From the NCBI GenBank assembly GCA_051530055.1, contig CM121342.1, positions 11,175,480-11,239,479 on the forward strand: a stretch of 64,000 nucleotides of DNA. The letters run 5' to 3'. The notes under the pieces were generated by a model. The model had not been told where the DNA came from. It did not search any database and saw only the letters and a list, made by a program, of their open reading frames with translations. The DNA is from Neoechinorhynchus agilis (lineage: Eukaryota > Animalia > Acanthocephala). Position numbers and translations under genes: made by a program. Shown one piece after another: positions 37,130 to 49,594 of the stretch. Position 1 is the stretch's first letter, and each line of letters opens with the position of its first letter.

Positions 37130-39800
37130 GCCAGCATCTATCTTTGCTAAACGGTGTATGGAAGACGGATGTTGAAGGCAAGGGAGGTGGGACTTGTTTT
37201 TGAAGGGGTGTTGATGTGGGATCGGAGGCTTTGTAAAGGAGATGACCGATTATGAGTCTTTCCTTGTTCTCCGGTTATTAAGGAAAGATTGGGCTCGAGG
37301 GAAGAAAGATTTTTGGTAGAGGGTGGTACGAGCGAGGGAGGATGAAAAAGGTTGGGGGTTGCGGGTGTTTACGAAGGAAGAGCATTTAGAGATAAAAGAA
37401 GAAAATTGTGGAGGGGGTTGAAGAATACGGAGGGCATTTTTGGAGAAAATGGAGTGGAGGTGGGCGTCGAGGATAGGGATTGATGTCCCGCATATTCTAT
37501 TGACGGAGAGGGCGAGGAAAGTGGGGTGTAGGCGTATGTAAGGATAGGAAGGATGGCAGAAAGATAAAAGTGAGCAAGGTGTTTAGGGGATACGCCGAGA
37601 CGCCGGAGGAGTTTGAGAAGGTAAAGACGAGGGTTTGCTTCTGAGAGGGGAAATGAAATGTGGGCATCTCATTTAAGGTTTTCTTGGAAAGTCAGGCCCA
37701 GTATTCGGAGATAATATGAGCGTTGGATGGGGAGAGGCGCGGGGATAAGATTGCGTTTGGAAATGTGGGAGACAAGCTCAAAAGATTTGGATAAATTTAG
37801 GGAGAGGTTTAGGGTGGAGAGCGAGGAAATGAGATGGTTGATCTAGTCCATGGTTGTGGAAAGGGAGAGGAAGGGAGATGCGATGGTAATGACTGTGAGG
37901 TCATCGGCGTATAGAAAATATTCGGTAGTGGGAGTGAGGGGATGAAGGTCATATAGAAAAATTTCAAAAAGGAGAGGGGAAAGTACGGCGCCTTGGGGGA
38001 CCCCTTTAAATATGGGCAGAGAAGAGGAACAAGAAGTTCCACATTGGATATATTGTTCGCGGTTGGAGAGGAAAGAGGAAATCTAAGCGAGTTGCCAAGT
38101 TGGGAGGCCAAAGGAAGCACATGATTGGAGGAGAAGGGGGTGATCTAGCCGACTCTAACGCCCTGGAAATATCCAGTTGTACGAGAAGGACGGTTGATGC
38201 TGGACTGGAATCTAAGCTGTGCACAAGCGTATCGTAGATGCAGAGGAGGGCATCAAAACAAAAGTAATTGGGGCGGAAAGCGAATTGGGAAGGAGAGATG
38301 TTTTTGAGGAAGAAGGGAAGTAGGCGGGTTTTAAAACATTTTTCTAAGATTTTAGAGAAAGGTGAGAGGATGGAGATGGGACGAAAGAATGTGAGGGAAA
38401 TCTGCTTATCGTTTTTGGGTAGGGGGACGACACGGGCTTCCTTAAGACACGATGGGAAAGAGCCCAATAGAAAAATAAGGTTCGTTATGTGCGTTAGAGG
38501 ATCGATTAGTTCCGGGATGATGAGACGAATGGCCCAATTTGGGATAGTCGAATTAGGGGAAGAATGGCGGGGCAGGCGTTTAAGGATCTCTAGGATTTCG
38601 AGAGGGGAAACTAAGGAAGGGCATGTATGAATGGGCGGGTCAAACAGTGATAAGGGAGGTTGGGACAATGGATGGGAGGTTTGAGGAGGACAGAGGTTTT
38701 TATTCATCGAGTTAAGGATTGAGAGGAGATCAGATTTGGGGAGAGATGCGAAGGGGGTGGATCTACCAAGACCAGTGACACCTTTTATTTCACGCCACCA
38801 GTTTCGATTGGGAGCGGACGGGAGACGAGATGAGAGGAATACTTTGCGGGCTATACGGATGCTTTTGGTCAGCGTGGAGTGGAGGGAAGGATAAGCGGGA
38901 TTGCCTGACCGGAAAGCTTTGGTGACCTGGATTTGAAGGGTTTTTAGAAAAGGCGAGAACCATGGAGGGTCGCGGTTCGAGATTCGTATTGTTTTGCGAG
39001 GAAAGAAGGCCTTCATCGCAGATTCTATTAGATTTAACCAAGAGCCCATTGCAATCGAGGGGTCGGGACTAAAGATGGTAAAGCGGTTTTGCGTGATAAG
39101 AGAATTGACACATGCAGCATAGCCGTGGGTATGATGATCACGTTTATCCCAGACAACGTAGGGGTCGGGAAAGGAACGTTTTTGAGGTGATGTGGGGGAG
39201 AGAAGAATGTGACAATGGTCAGACGAGGCGATCGGGGGAAGTTTGGTAGTCCACGAATATTGCCTGATGTTTAAGAAAATTTTATCAAGGCGGGAGGAGA
39301 AGCGTGCAGGGAAGGTAACGAGTTGGGAGAGATGAGAGAGCGAGGGCGGGATCGGCAGTTTGTTAAAATTGCTCAATATGATGAAGCGATCTGAGGAAGT
39401 GGAAAGTAGATCAGTAAATAGGTGGTCTATTTGTTGAAGTGTGTTGGGGATGTTTGAGGAAGGAGGACGATAGAGGCCAGCGATAGAGATCTCACTTTGG
39501 CCATTGCGGAGGGGGGGAGATAAAGTTGGATGTGAAGCCATTCAAGATCATCGGAGATGAAAAGGTTGGGTGAAAAGCAAAGGTAATGGAGAGGGGCGCG
39601 GATGAAGATCGATATGCCTCCCCAGTTTCGGAAGTCCCTCGTGAGGTGAAATGCTTGAAAGTTTGGAAGGAAGGCAGATCACCACCTCCACAAACGCTTC
39701 TACGTTTAAAGAGAGATACGTAGCAGAATTTCAGCATTCTTGAACTTCTATCCCTTCTCCGTTTAAATTGAGGCTCTATCGCCACGCGCATACACATTTA
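37130..39800 (-). mobile_element. L2/CR1-like LINE (APE and RT), decayed, between the two SHMT copies
   Basis: AGLYRPPS, LDKIF, SDHC, ARVVPLPK, FRPISILS, QFAFR, QLDISRA in the 511-aa ORF; 3' part frameshifted. Confidence 0.85.
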
Positions 39801-40500
39801 TGTAAAAACATGAACATACGCGTGTATACACAAGTATACAGATGTCAATTTAGAATTATGGTCGAAGTAGTTTTTGTGTCATGTGACCGATTCTCAACTA
39901 AACCGTTTTCAGAAAATGAAATTTGCTTTGCCTTCTTCCCTCTATTTGTTGTATGTTGACTACCATTCTGCTCCAAGGGCGTTTATTTATTCATTTTCTG
40001 AGAGCTACTGTGTCGTATGCTGAATTCTCGCATAGGATTCGCTTCACTATTGGAGTGCTGCTCTTGTGGCTTTATTTTTCGAGCACTGTGTTTTCAATGT
40101 TCATTCGTTTGGGACACAACATTGTTGCTCCTGAATTCTTCATGCCAACTTCTACATGGTTTCGTCCTTAAATTAAGTAATTTTTTGATGAGCAGATTTA
40201 TCAACTTGACTTTGCAGGATTTAGACATACATCGTATTGTGCTCGAAGTCGTTTTGTTAAGATATTCGCTCAATCATTCGTATTATGGAAAACTTACTAT
40301 CAGGTCCATTTCTCGTTGATGAATACTGTTTTTATTAATCTTCTAATTTTTTTCTATATTAGACATTATTCGACACTATCTCAACTCTAAAGAAAAAAGT
40401 TTACTAACTTTTATGCTGTCAACAACAAAACTCATTGACATTACGTTTTCTTTTACAGAATCAAATTTGCCCTCGCGCAACTATTTTACGTCGCTCAACT

Positions 40501-42750
40501 ATGCTCACTTTGTTTAAATGTACAAAATACATTTTCAGCGCTAATGCAACGGCATCATTTCCATTTTCCAAACCACAAGCCAAATTCCTCGGAACGCTTA
40601 CAAGTACCTACTTACAGACAAAAATGTCCAACGGATTTAATATAACGGATTCGTTTACTCATCTGGCACAAGCTGATCCAGAAATGATGGGCCTTATTGA
40701 GGCCGAGAAGAAAAGGCAAATTGAAGGTCTTGAGCTGATTGCATCCGAAAATTTTATTAGTACATCGGTGATGGAAGCGATGGGATCCTGTCTAACAAAC
40801 AAATATGTGGAAGGATATCCTGGGGCACGGTACGCACTGCGATTGCCGCCTTAACCATAATTTAAATTTATTAAGATATTACGGCGGGAACGAGTTTGTT
40901 GATCAGGTGGAACAACTCACTCAGAAACGCGCACTTGAGGCCTACAAACTCTCTGAGGAGAAATGGGCTGTTAATGTTCAAACATATTCCGGATCACCTG
41001 CAAACTTTGCCGTGTATCATGGTTTAGTGGGAAAAGGTGGAAGGATAATGGGCTTAGCCCTCGCTGACGGTGGACATCTAACTCACGGCTTCTTTACTCC
41101 GGCCAAGAAGGTCTCCGTAACCTCCGAATATTTCGAAAGTCTTCAATATAAAGTAGACCCTAAGACGGGTTTCATTGATATGGACAAGTTGGAGGAATTC
41201 GCTTTTGCGTTCAGACCTAAACTCATCATAATGGGTAGTCATTCATTATTACTGTTGGGTGAAACGAGATTTGTTTTGTGCGGACACCCAGACGTTTTTT
41301 ATTATGCAAATTTTCGGAGAGCAAAGTCTCCCTCTTCAGGCTTTTGGTCATCTGAAAAAATTATTGTCTTGAGAATCTCTTTTAAAAAATGCCTCTTGTC
41401 CGGTTGCATCCTGGATCCTGGAGTTAAAAACATGGTCCAGGATCCAGGATGCAACCGGACAAGAGGCATTTTTTAAAAGAGATTCTCAAGACAATAATTT
41501 TTTCAGATGACCAAAAGCCTGAAGAGGGAGACTTTGCTCTCCGAAAATTTGCATAAAAAACGTCTGGGTGTCCGCACAAAACAAATAATGGGTAGTGTCG
41601 TTTTAATTTTATTTTACTAAGTTGATCACTGACTAACAGGTGCAAGTGCCTATCCTCGTGATTTTGACTATGAACGGTACAGACAAATTGCTGACAAGTG
41701 TGGTGCTCTTCTGATGTGCGATATGGCACATATCAGCGGTCTTGTCGCCACAGGACTCATGAGGAATCCATTTGAGTATTGTGACGTTGTAACAACAACA
41801 ACCCACAAAACAATGAGAGGACCGAGGGGCGCTCTTATATTCTCCAGAAGAGGTTGGCTATTCCTCTAAAGATTTGAATTCAGAGAGAACTTTGTTCCAG
41901 ATGTAAAGTCACCGAAAACATCCAGTCTTAGTCTAAGTGAAGCTATCGATCAGGCGGTGTTTCCTGGATTACAAGGGGGCGCTCATGTGAACGTGATTTC
42001 AGGTTAGATTTGTTTCACTATATATACACGAGCTCTGAAAATCGAATTTAGCTATTGGAGTTACTCTATGCGAGGATTACTCAGATGGTTTTGGGTGTTC
42101 AGTCGGCTACATTTAATTTCCACAAAGTTACCCTTATTTACTTATATGAGTTGTGTACTACACACAAGATTTTTAGCTAGAAACATTTCTGACTCTTCTT
42201 ATTTAACGGCACACTGGGAAATTCTATTTTACTTGAACTCCAGAGTCCTCAATACATGCAATACGCTCGACAAGTTCTAGCAAATTCACGCCAGCTCGTT
42301 AAGTCGATGCAAGAATTCGGTTATGAATTCGCAACCGGTGGAACAGACAATCATATGAGTCTTTTAAAGATTGATCGATCGACTGGACTCGATGGTGCGA
42401 AGGTGACGTACCTACTGGAGCAGGTTTCGATATCTGTCAATAAAAACGCTATTCCTGGAGACAAAAGCGTACTTAAGCCTTCAGGCGTAAGATTCGGAAC
42501 CCCTGCCATCACAACTCGAGGATTGAAGGAGGACGATATGGTAGTTGTTGCGCGATTCCTGCATCATGCGATTGGGCTTGCACTAAACATTGAGCGGACA
42601 TCTCAGACTTTAAACGATCGCGATTCACATGCATCTGCCAGCTTTCAAGTCTTCAAAAAGACTTGTGACGACTTACTGCACAAGGAAATATCAGAATTAA
42701 AGCAGGAAATTATCAATTTCGCTTCCCATTATGCAATGCCAGGCTGCTAA
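40501..42750 (+). CDS. SHMT: Serine hydroxymethyltransferase, copy B, with mitochondrial-presequence-like N terminus
   Basis: Same SHMT motifs; N terminus is rich in K/S/T and lacks acidic residues; second Met at 40624. Confidence 0.9.
41269..41586. repeat. Near-perfect 318-bp palindrome in an SHMT-B intron
   Basis: Arms 41269-41422 and 41436-41586 match apart from a 3-nt indel; 13-nt loop. Confidence 0.95.
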
Positions 42751-42899
42751 GGATTCATCGTTTGCTTTTTCAAGGAAACGCAATAAAGTAGTCAGTTTAA
42801 TTTTCTAAGGTTTGGAATGACACTACCATCAACTGTATCCATAATTTTGCATCGTTTCATTTTTACAATTAAAAACTCACATCGTCTCAGTTTGTTTAT

Positions 42900-43270
42900 T
42901 GTGGAATGGATGACGGCTCCGGCTGAGTGGGAAAGTAGGTGATTATTGTTTGCAGGAGAGTTTGTGAGGTTGCGTCTTTACTCAGGTTTATTTCGGGTCA
43001 TGATATCCGAGAAAATTAGGCAGTATAATAATAACACGTTTTATTTTGTTAAAAGAAGAGCAAACATGTACCTCAGGGTCCTCGTGAACACCCAAACTAG
43101 TGAACACTCAAATATTGATAGGTTAAATGAATGTGTTTGTTTATTTTGGAGTGGATGACGGGTCCGGGGTCGGATGGGAAAGTTTGTGGTTATCGTATGC
43201 TGGAGAGTTTGTGAGACTGTGTCTTTCCCCGGGTTAATTTCGGGTTATGGCATTCGAGAAGATTAGGGAG
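42900..43270. repeat. Two degenerate ~125-bp copies about 245 bp apart, possibly LINE 3' relics
   Basis: Repeated ggatgacgg...gggaaagt...ggagagtttgtgag...tttcggg...attagg.agtat. Confidence 0.5.
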
Positions 43271-43591
43271 TATGGAAAAAGGAGCGGAGGTGGAGGGCTG
43301 TGCGAAGTTGAGGGAATATGAAATGAATTCGGATTGCGAGCAATAAGATGTTGTAAAAATTGCAGTGGTAGGCTTAAAAGGAGTCGTGATTGTTTATTGA
43401 AAATCTTATAAGGGCATTCGGTAAGCGAGGGAAAATCAATTGCGCAAATTTTAGATGCTCTTTTATGAAAGAGTTCAAAGCGCCGGATTTGTGATTTTTG
43501 AAAGGTTACAAAAGACGGAATAGCCGTAGGTTAGGGAGGGCAAAATAAAACAGAAGTAAAATTTGTAGAGATCATGCGAAAATATTCTTAA

Positions 43592-44701
43592 ATGGCGCAG
43601 ACGTCTGAGGCGGTCATTAGAACGATTTCAAACCTCCCACAGATATTCTTCCGCGTCACATTTTTGTATGACGTATCGGTTACTCGTCCAAATGAATACG
43701 TTAGCGCAAGATTAGTATTATTTTTAGGCGTGTTCCAAGTAGGATGAACTCGATTCCGCTCTATAACTTTGCTTGGTTACGCACGACTGAACTATGCAGT
43801 GGTTTTGTATTTTTAGAAACGATTTAAAAATGGAAACCGTTTTCCGCAAATGGGTTGTTTCTGGCATCTGCTTCTACAGGAAAATTGCCATTGGTGCAGT
43901 GTTCCACAAATCTTTGATTTTTCGCCTTTTTATTTAAAGCCAAATTTGTTCTACATCGGACTGAAAACTAAACAAATTCTATACATTGTAATCGAGAGAA
44001 ATTAGACTCTACGCTGTTTATGGCTTCCTTCTATATTATTCCTCAACTTGAACTTAAAAATATTTTTAATCCAAGTCTTAAGATATTGAAAAAGCACCGG
44101 CTAATGAGATGAACATTAAAATGTTTTACTTATTGTGACTTTTTAGATTGTGATGGCAGAATCGAAAAGAGGAGACTCAGTGCTGTCCACTTATCTTTCC
44201 AATTTGATGGCAAATACTCGTCGGAAAAGTAAAAAAAGGCTTGTAGAGGTAAATATAAATCCAAACGATCGCAAGTGGAAATTCGGTTCGCCGCCCAAGT
44301 TTAAACGTTTTACTCAAAATCCAACAAATGGTTTAAAGCATAAATATTTGGGTTATGACGATAGCACAGATGATGAGCAAGATTCAGAAGAGTCAAATTA
44401 TGAATCAGAAGATGACATTCTCATAGAGCAGGTTGATCAACACAAGATGGTAGAATGTTCTCCGATAAGAACAGAAGTTCCAATAGTCAATCAAATTTCG
44501 TTTAATATATCATCTCTAAACGCGGCCGCAAACCGATCAATCTATTGTTTTGGAGATCAACCACCAGCGATAGATCCGATAGAGAAAGAGCTTGATGCTC
44601 CTAGGAAGCGAAAAAAGAAGTCAAAATCAACGGAATGCACTAAAGATGCTTTCCATGTTTTTATCCACAGGAAAGAAAAAATAGATTTTGAAAAAAATTG
44701 A
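43592..44701 (+). CDS. Uncharacterised multi-exon gene with acidic and basic tracts
   Basis: 183-aa ORF follows an acceptor; upstream ATG exon MAQTSEAV with a phase-compatible GT-AG intron; full structure not resolved. Confidence 0.35.
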
Positions 44702-45266
44702 TGAGTTTTTGAAGCTCGTTTATGATGGCAAATACAATTGAAAGCATTTTTCCACAGATGCAATATTTCCTATTAAAATAGCACCAACTTCAAGTTTCAA
44801 TTTAAATCGGTCGTTAATGGAACTATGAAACTAGACGAAATTTCCAAGAATCATTGCATTCTGCTTTCATCGTACATTTTAACTTTTGAAATTAATGAAA
44901 TTGTATTAGCTTCGGATCCAATCATCATATGAAAAATCACCGCGTAGAAAATATTTAACATTTCACAAATATAGTTATTATCAAAGTTCACTTTCTGTGC
45001 AACACTTGTAATTTTGTTTGAAGATTGAATTGTTCATGTTTTTATCTGACGGGAAAATTAAAAGAATTTATTGATTCCAATATTTCAGCACTATATTGTG
45101 CCTTTATCAAGGGTGTTAAAGTGTTTTATTCGCACTTGAATGTACGCATCATGGTAAATTCTGAGAGACATGCTAAAACCAGGATTAATTCTGAAAAGTG
45201 TTGAATAATTTTTAAATTTTTCTTGTTTTGCAAACTTTGCCCTTGTAAACCATTTTCCAAGCATAC

Positions 45267-45869
45267 TTTCGCACCAGCACACAATAAAGGCGCATGTTCC
45301 ATATCTACTTGAGTGGTAAATGCGAAGCATGCATCCTCTGGAACTGCGATGTACTCCGCATAACCTCCTTGAACGTGACAACCAGTTGCTTTGAACTTTG
45401 AGCAGAGATTTTGCTGCCCAGTGCTATTAAACAAACTCTGCTGCCCTTTTGTGGTGATAGCGACTACTTGCAAAGGACAGCCGTGCTTGTTCCGTACAAT
45501 GCATACATTTCTTACACGAAGAATAATACCAACCTATTCCTACCGTCTTGTTTAGTAAATCCGCGCTGGAAACGTTAGGACCAAGCTGTACGACAGTTCC
45601 AATAATCTGATGTCCCAAAATAGTATGCGTTTTGTCGGAGTGTTCCACTTTTAAACGACCCTCTATCTCATCAATGTCAGTTCTACAGATCGCGCAGGCT
45701 TTCACTTTAACGCAGAGGTTTCAGCACCTAAAAAAGTAAAGTGATAAAACCTTCGCTGCAACAAGTACCTGACTTTCTAATGGAACTGGTTTAGGAACTT
45801 CGATAAGATGAAGAAAGTTTGAAGATTTAGAAGTCAATTTTTCGATTTCGCGAGAACCAATGCCCTCAT
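45267..45869 (-). pseudogene. Zinc-binding alcohol dehydrogenase (MDR), frameshifted and truncated
   Basis: MRALVL start is out of frame; CAICRTD, LGHQIIG, C..C..C, NLC, GGYAEY and PLLCAGA are present; no C-terminal half found. Confidence 0.7.
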
Positions 45870-45929
45870 TGTTGTACCGGAACTAGAATCATTCTCATGT
45901 CTCATCATTTGAATCAAATCTGAGAACGA

Positions 45930-46760
45930 TTAAACATTGAAATTAGGTAGCCCGTCAAATAGAATTAGACTCCGCAACGGATCTAAAATACACGACAGCA
46001 GTCCTGTTATGCGGACAATTCGCGTCTCTTAAAATCAGGTCATCGTATGTACGACGGTTCCCTTTGCCTTTACGATACAATGTCGTTGGCTTCCAGAAAA
46101 GGAACTGTTGCACGACCTGTGGGCAAGATGCCTCGGACCGAATTATATTGCCCGTGAACTGCAGTCGTCGGCGGCGCAAATATTCACTGGGCGGTCGGAC
46201 TCCGGCTCTCTTATACAGTGCTTTGTTGGTCACTTTATCTGACCATCTGACCTTGAACGCCACACGTAAGAGAAATGAATGATTTTGGTAAAACTGCCTC
46301 GTCGCCGTTGGTAACAGTGTCCAGGTCTCTGCATTGTAGTAGAGAATGCTCTCAATTCGAGCCCTGAACAGCTGCGAACGCAGTTCATCTGGCAAAGACT
46401 CACTATCAAACAGTGGTTTAAGTTGCCCCATTGCTCTCGAAGCTATAGCTCTCCGTCGGCTGACATCCGCACTCACCTCAGGAACGACAGCTCCCAGATA
46501 GACATACCGCTCTATCTGTTTTAATTGCTTAACGCCATTCGGCCCTTCGCCATAGACTGTATGCACGACATGCGGGATCGTCAAGAATTCCGTCTTTTTC
46601 GAGTTGATGGTCAGACCAATCATACTCGCCCTCTCGCACAGTCTATTTAGCATGCGTTGAGCTCCTTCAACTGTTGAGGACATCAATACGATGTCTGCAG
46701 CAATTCTTGATATCCTACAGAAATACTGAACATGCCACAACTGAAAAATCCGCGTCGGAT
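45930..46760 (-). mobile_element. RTE-like LINE 3' fragment (RT C terminus)
   Basis: ADIVL, GLTINSKKTE, YVYLG, ILYYNAETW. Confidence 0.8.
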
Positions 46761-47300
46761 ATTATTTTCGGGGGGAAGGCCACGTTTCTGTTAGGATGAC
46801 TACATCGGCTTTTTAGGTAGATAAAATGAGTGAAATTTCATCTAGTTTAGGAAGGAGGCTACGAGTATTGGAGTAGAAAACGGAGGGGAACGAAATTTTG
46901 GATTTCGGAAAACCGGTGGCGGAAATGAGGCAGATTGAGGTTGCATTGTTCGTCGCTGGTGGTGGATTAAGCGATAGGATCTGTAAAAGGGCTTCCGGCA
47001 TACCAGAAATAAATATGGTGTGATTTATATCCTCGATGGAGGAGTGCATGATGCGATGGGTCGAATTCAGAGCAACGAGGGATGATGGCAGGGATCGAGA
47101 AGGCGTATCATCACAGAAATGAATCGGAGGGTTGATTGATTTTGATGGTTTTGATGTCAACCTTATAGCCTGATAGTTATTTGTTCCTCCTTTTGTGCTA
47201 TATGATGAATATCCTCAATGGATGGTGCAAAGTCCCTAATAATCGTCGAAGTATTCGAAATATTTTGAACACCAAGCATTTCCAACGAATCTTCGTTTGC
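46760..47300 (-). mobile_element. LINE 5' fragment with start of APE endonuclease (L2/CR1-like)
   Basis: VFYSNTRSLLPKLDEI and, after a stop, ILTETW. Confidence 0.65.
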
Positions 47301-47499
47301 GTTTGCCATAATGATGGAATCTACCAATCCTTCGTAGAAGTTTCACTAGTCGGTTTCTGTAAACCTTTAGCTTGTTTATTAGAATTTCCCATTGGGACCT
47401 TTGTCTGCCACTTTTTTTTAAAGAACATAATATATTTTTAACAATTCAAACAATCTGTTTGAAGCTGCCTCTTTGAACCGTTAGCTTTTTCCCTTTGCA

Positions 47500-48700
47500 C
47501 GTTTTTACATCGACCAACTGTTCACTTTTAAGGAGCTTTTATTTCGCACTGAATAGCCTCCGCTAATATATTTCCAACTGTGCTCATCGCTTCAATTAAT
47601 GAACCCTTTAGAGTTTCAATAACTCGTTCAAAGCACATTTTAGTGCAACGTTAAGAAGATCGGAATGCTCGGCCGATTCTCGTTCACCGTTCATTGATAT
47701 GAGCAGAGGACGCAGACGAGAGAGAGGACCAATGAGCTCAAATTCATGCTCATTGCATCGAGCATGCATCGAATTTGCCATCCGGCCGATTGTGTACAGC
47801 AAACGAGCAAAAGTACGAACATTGGATCCGCTGATTGAAAAATCCATTTTAAAAAGCCAAAGAGCAATTCTCCTCAAAAGATAAGTCGTCTGTAGAGGTT
47901 GAGACGTATCCAGTTTTTTTGGATTCAACGAGTTCTTTTGCTTTAAACCAAGAAGATATTGTATTCGCTGGCATTATCTTCTAACGTCATTTTTGCACTT
48001 AAATTGATACAAAAATTGCTTAACTGTTTTAAATACACAATTTCTGAATTGAATTTTAACAGTGTAATTAATTTTATGCAGGATCACATTCGGGTGGAAA
48101 GATATTCTTGTTGAGCGGTTCAAACCCCGAGACGTATTCATGTTATTTAATTTTTCGTGGACAAAATCCACCTCTTCAGATATTCTTAAAGTAGTGAGAA
48201 ATAGTAAAGTTATGTAGCTTTTTCGCAAGGTGGATTTTGTCCACGAAATATTAAATAACATGAATACGTTTCTGGGTTTGAACCGCCCAACAAGAATACT
48301 GTGATAAATGTTCGTATGTTAATGGTAAAAATTAAAGATGTTCTCAATACCTGCTACAAATCTTGATTCTTATTAACGATCTATTTCGCCTTTAAATAAC
48401 ATTTGGAAACCGTAGTGTTGTAGAGGTTACACTACACCTTCGGAATCCATCAAATCTTAAAGAGTTTGTTTTCATTTTATATTTTCTAAATCCATTTTTA
48501 TTGCCAAAATGCATAATCTAAGCCTAATCTGTGACTCTGTTTCCATTTCTGTACAAATCGACTGTTTTCCACTGCCTGTCAGAAAAGGAACGATGAATGC
48601 GCAATTTTTTGTGTTCATTCCTTCGCTAAGGATCCAGATTTCAAAAAGCGGAAAGGAGCGGAACTCTTCAATTCCTCATTTAATTAAAGATTTAATTGTG
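47500..48700 (-). CDS. Possible uncharacterised multi-exon gene
   Basis: 106-aa ORF plus open segments near 48490-48680 and 47500-47650; no family recognised and frames not reconciled. Confidence 0.25.
48103..48298. mobile_element. MITE-like element with ~71-bp inverted repeats
   Basis: 48103-48173 and 48228-48298 are imperfect reverse complements; 54-bp spacer. Confidence 0.75.
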
Positions 48701-49065
48701 GTGGCGATAATCCCAGATAAAAGATATTTTATTGATATGAAATATTTAGCGAGGAAGCCTCGTCTTTCCAGTTATCTAAAAAAAGTTTACGTTGTTTTGT
48801 GTTGTATGAGAATTATTTTCTCTCCATGATTTAAATATAGATTGCTTATTCAAAACTTTTAATAGCACAGTCAGTGAAATTCGTTATACAATGACTGATG
48901 TGGAATTCTGCTTTAGGACCGTTTCATTTATCGACGATTGGTTTAAATAATCGAATTCAGCGAGAAACTAAAACTCCTTGCTATTTTGTCGAAACGTTAA
49001 TCACAAACAAAAATGCTAACCCTATTCATAAACATGCCCAAACCACTGTATTTTATTAAAGTTTA

Positions 49066-49594
49066 CTACGCACTGATCACAAAGCCGAAATTGTAGCAGA
49101 CAACTACAGTTCCCTTCTTGGATCTAATACTGTAATCGATTTGCGACTCGCCAGTTGGGAATGCCGGTAAAATCATATAATGATGGACCAGAGTGCACTT
49201 GCCTCCATTGCAAACAGCTTTGAAATGTTCCGGTTTAGCATTGATTTCTAAAGTGCGATCGCCTTTTCTTCCCAGAACATGAACAGTATAATCATCCTGC
49301 TCACCATCTAAAGACACGTCCTCCGAAATTCGAAATAAAAGGTGTCTACAGACCGAAAACAGTAACTTGTTTGATTTTGTCATTATGTTTAGCGCTGCAG
49401 ACTCCATCACTTAGACTGCCACATCCGACGACCTCCACTGACTTTAGAGCAGTTTCAGAACCTAAAGACAATTCCGGCGAATTGTGTTTAAAGCACTTTC
49501 AAGGAGTACCCGTACCTCCGCAGTGGTTCACCTCATGGCTGAAGTCCGCACAAGCGAAGGCAATCAAAGAGAAGACAGTTGCAAGCAGGAGCAT
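49066..49594 (-). CDS. NPC2/ML-domain lipid-binding protein, three exons
   Basis: Spliced model: signal peptide MLLLATVFSLIAFACA, HCG, VEVVGC, VCS, VTVF, C..G.C, VCYNF; two canonical introns. Confidence 0.7.

Noticed and set aside
40830-40875. CCTTAACC U12-type branch point in an SHMT intron
   Set aside because: The donor is GTACGC, not RTATCCTT, so the match is probably chance.
42068-42280. 70-aa [11 protein letters not shown] duplicated at 34865-35077
   Set aside because: It overlaps the SHMT intervening sequence and is duplicated only because the block is identical.
45400-45780. ADH inserts as evidence for non-canonical splicing (GG-AG, GT-AC, or GC...AG one base too long)
   Set aside because: The gene is frameshifted and truncated, so decayed splice sites are a sufficient explanation.
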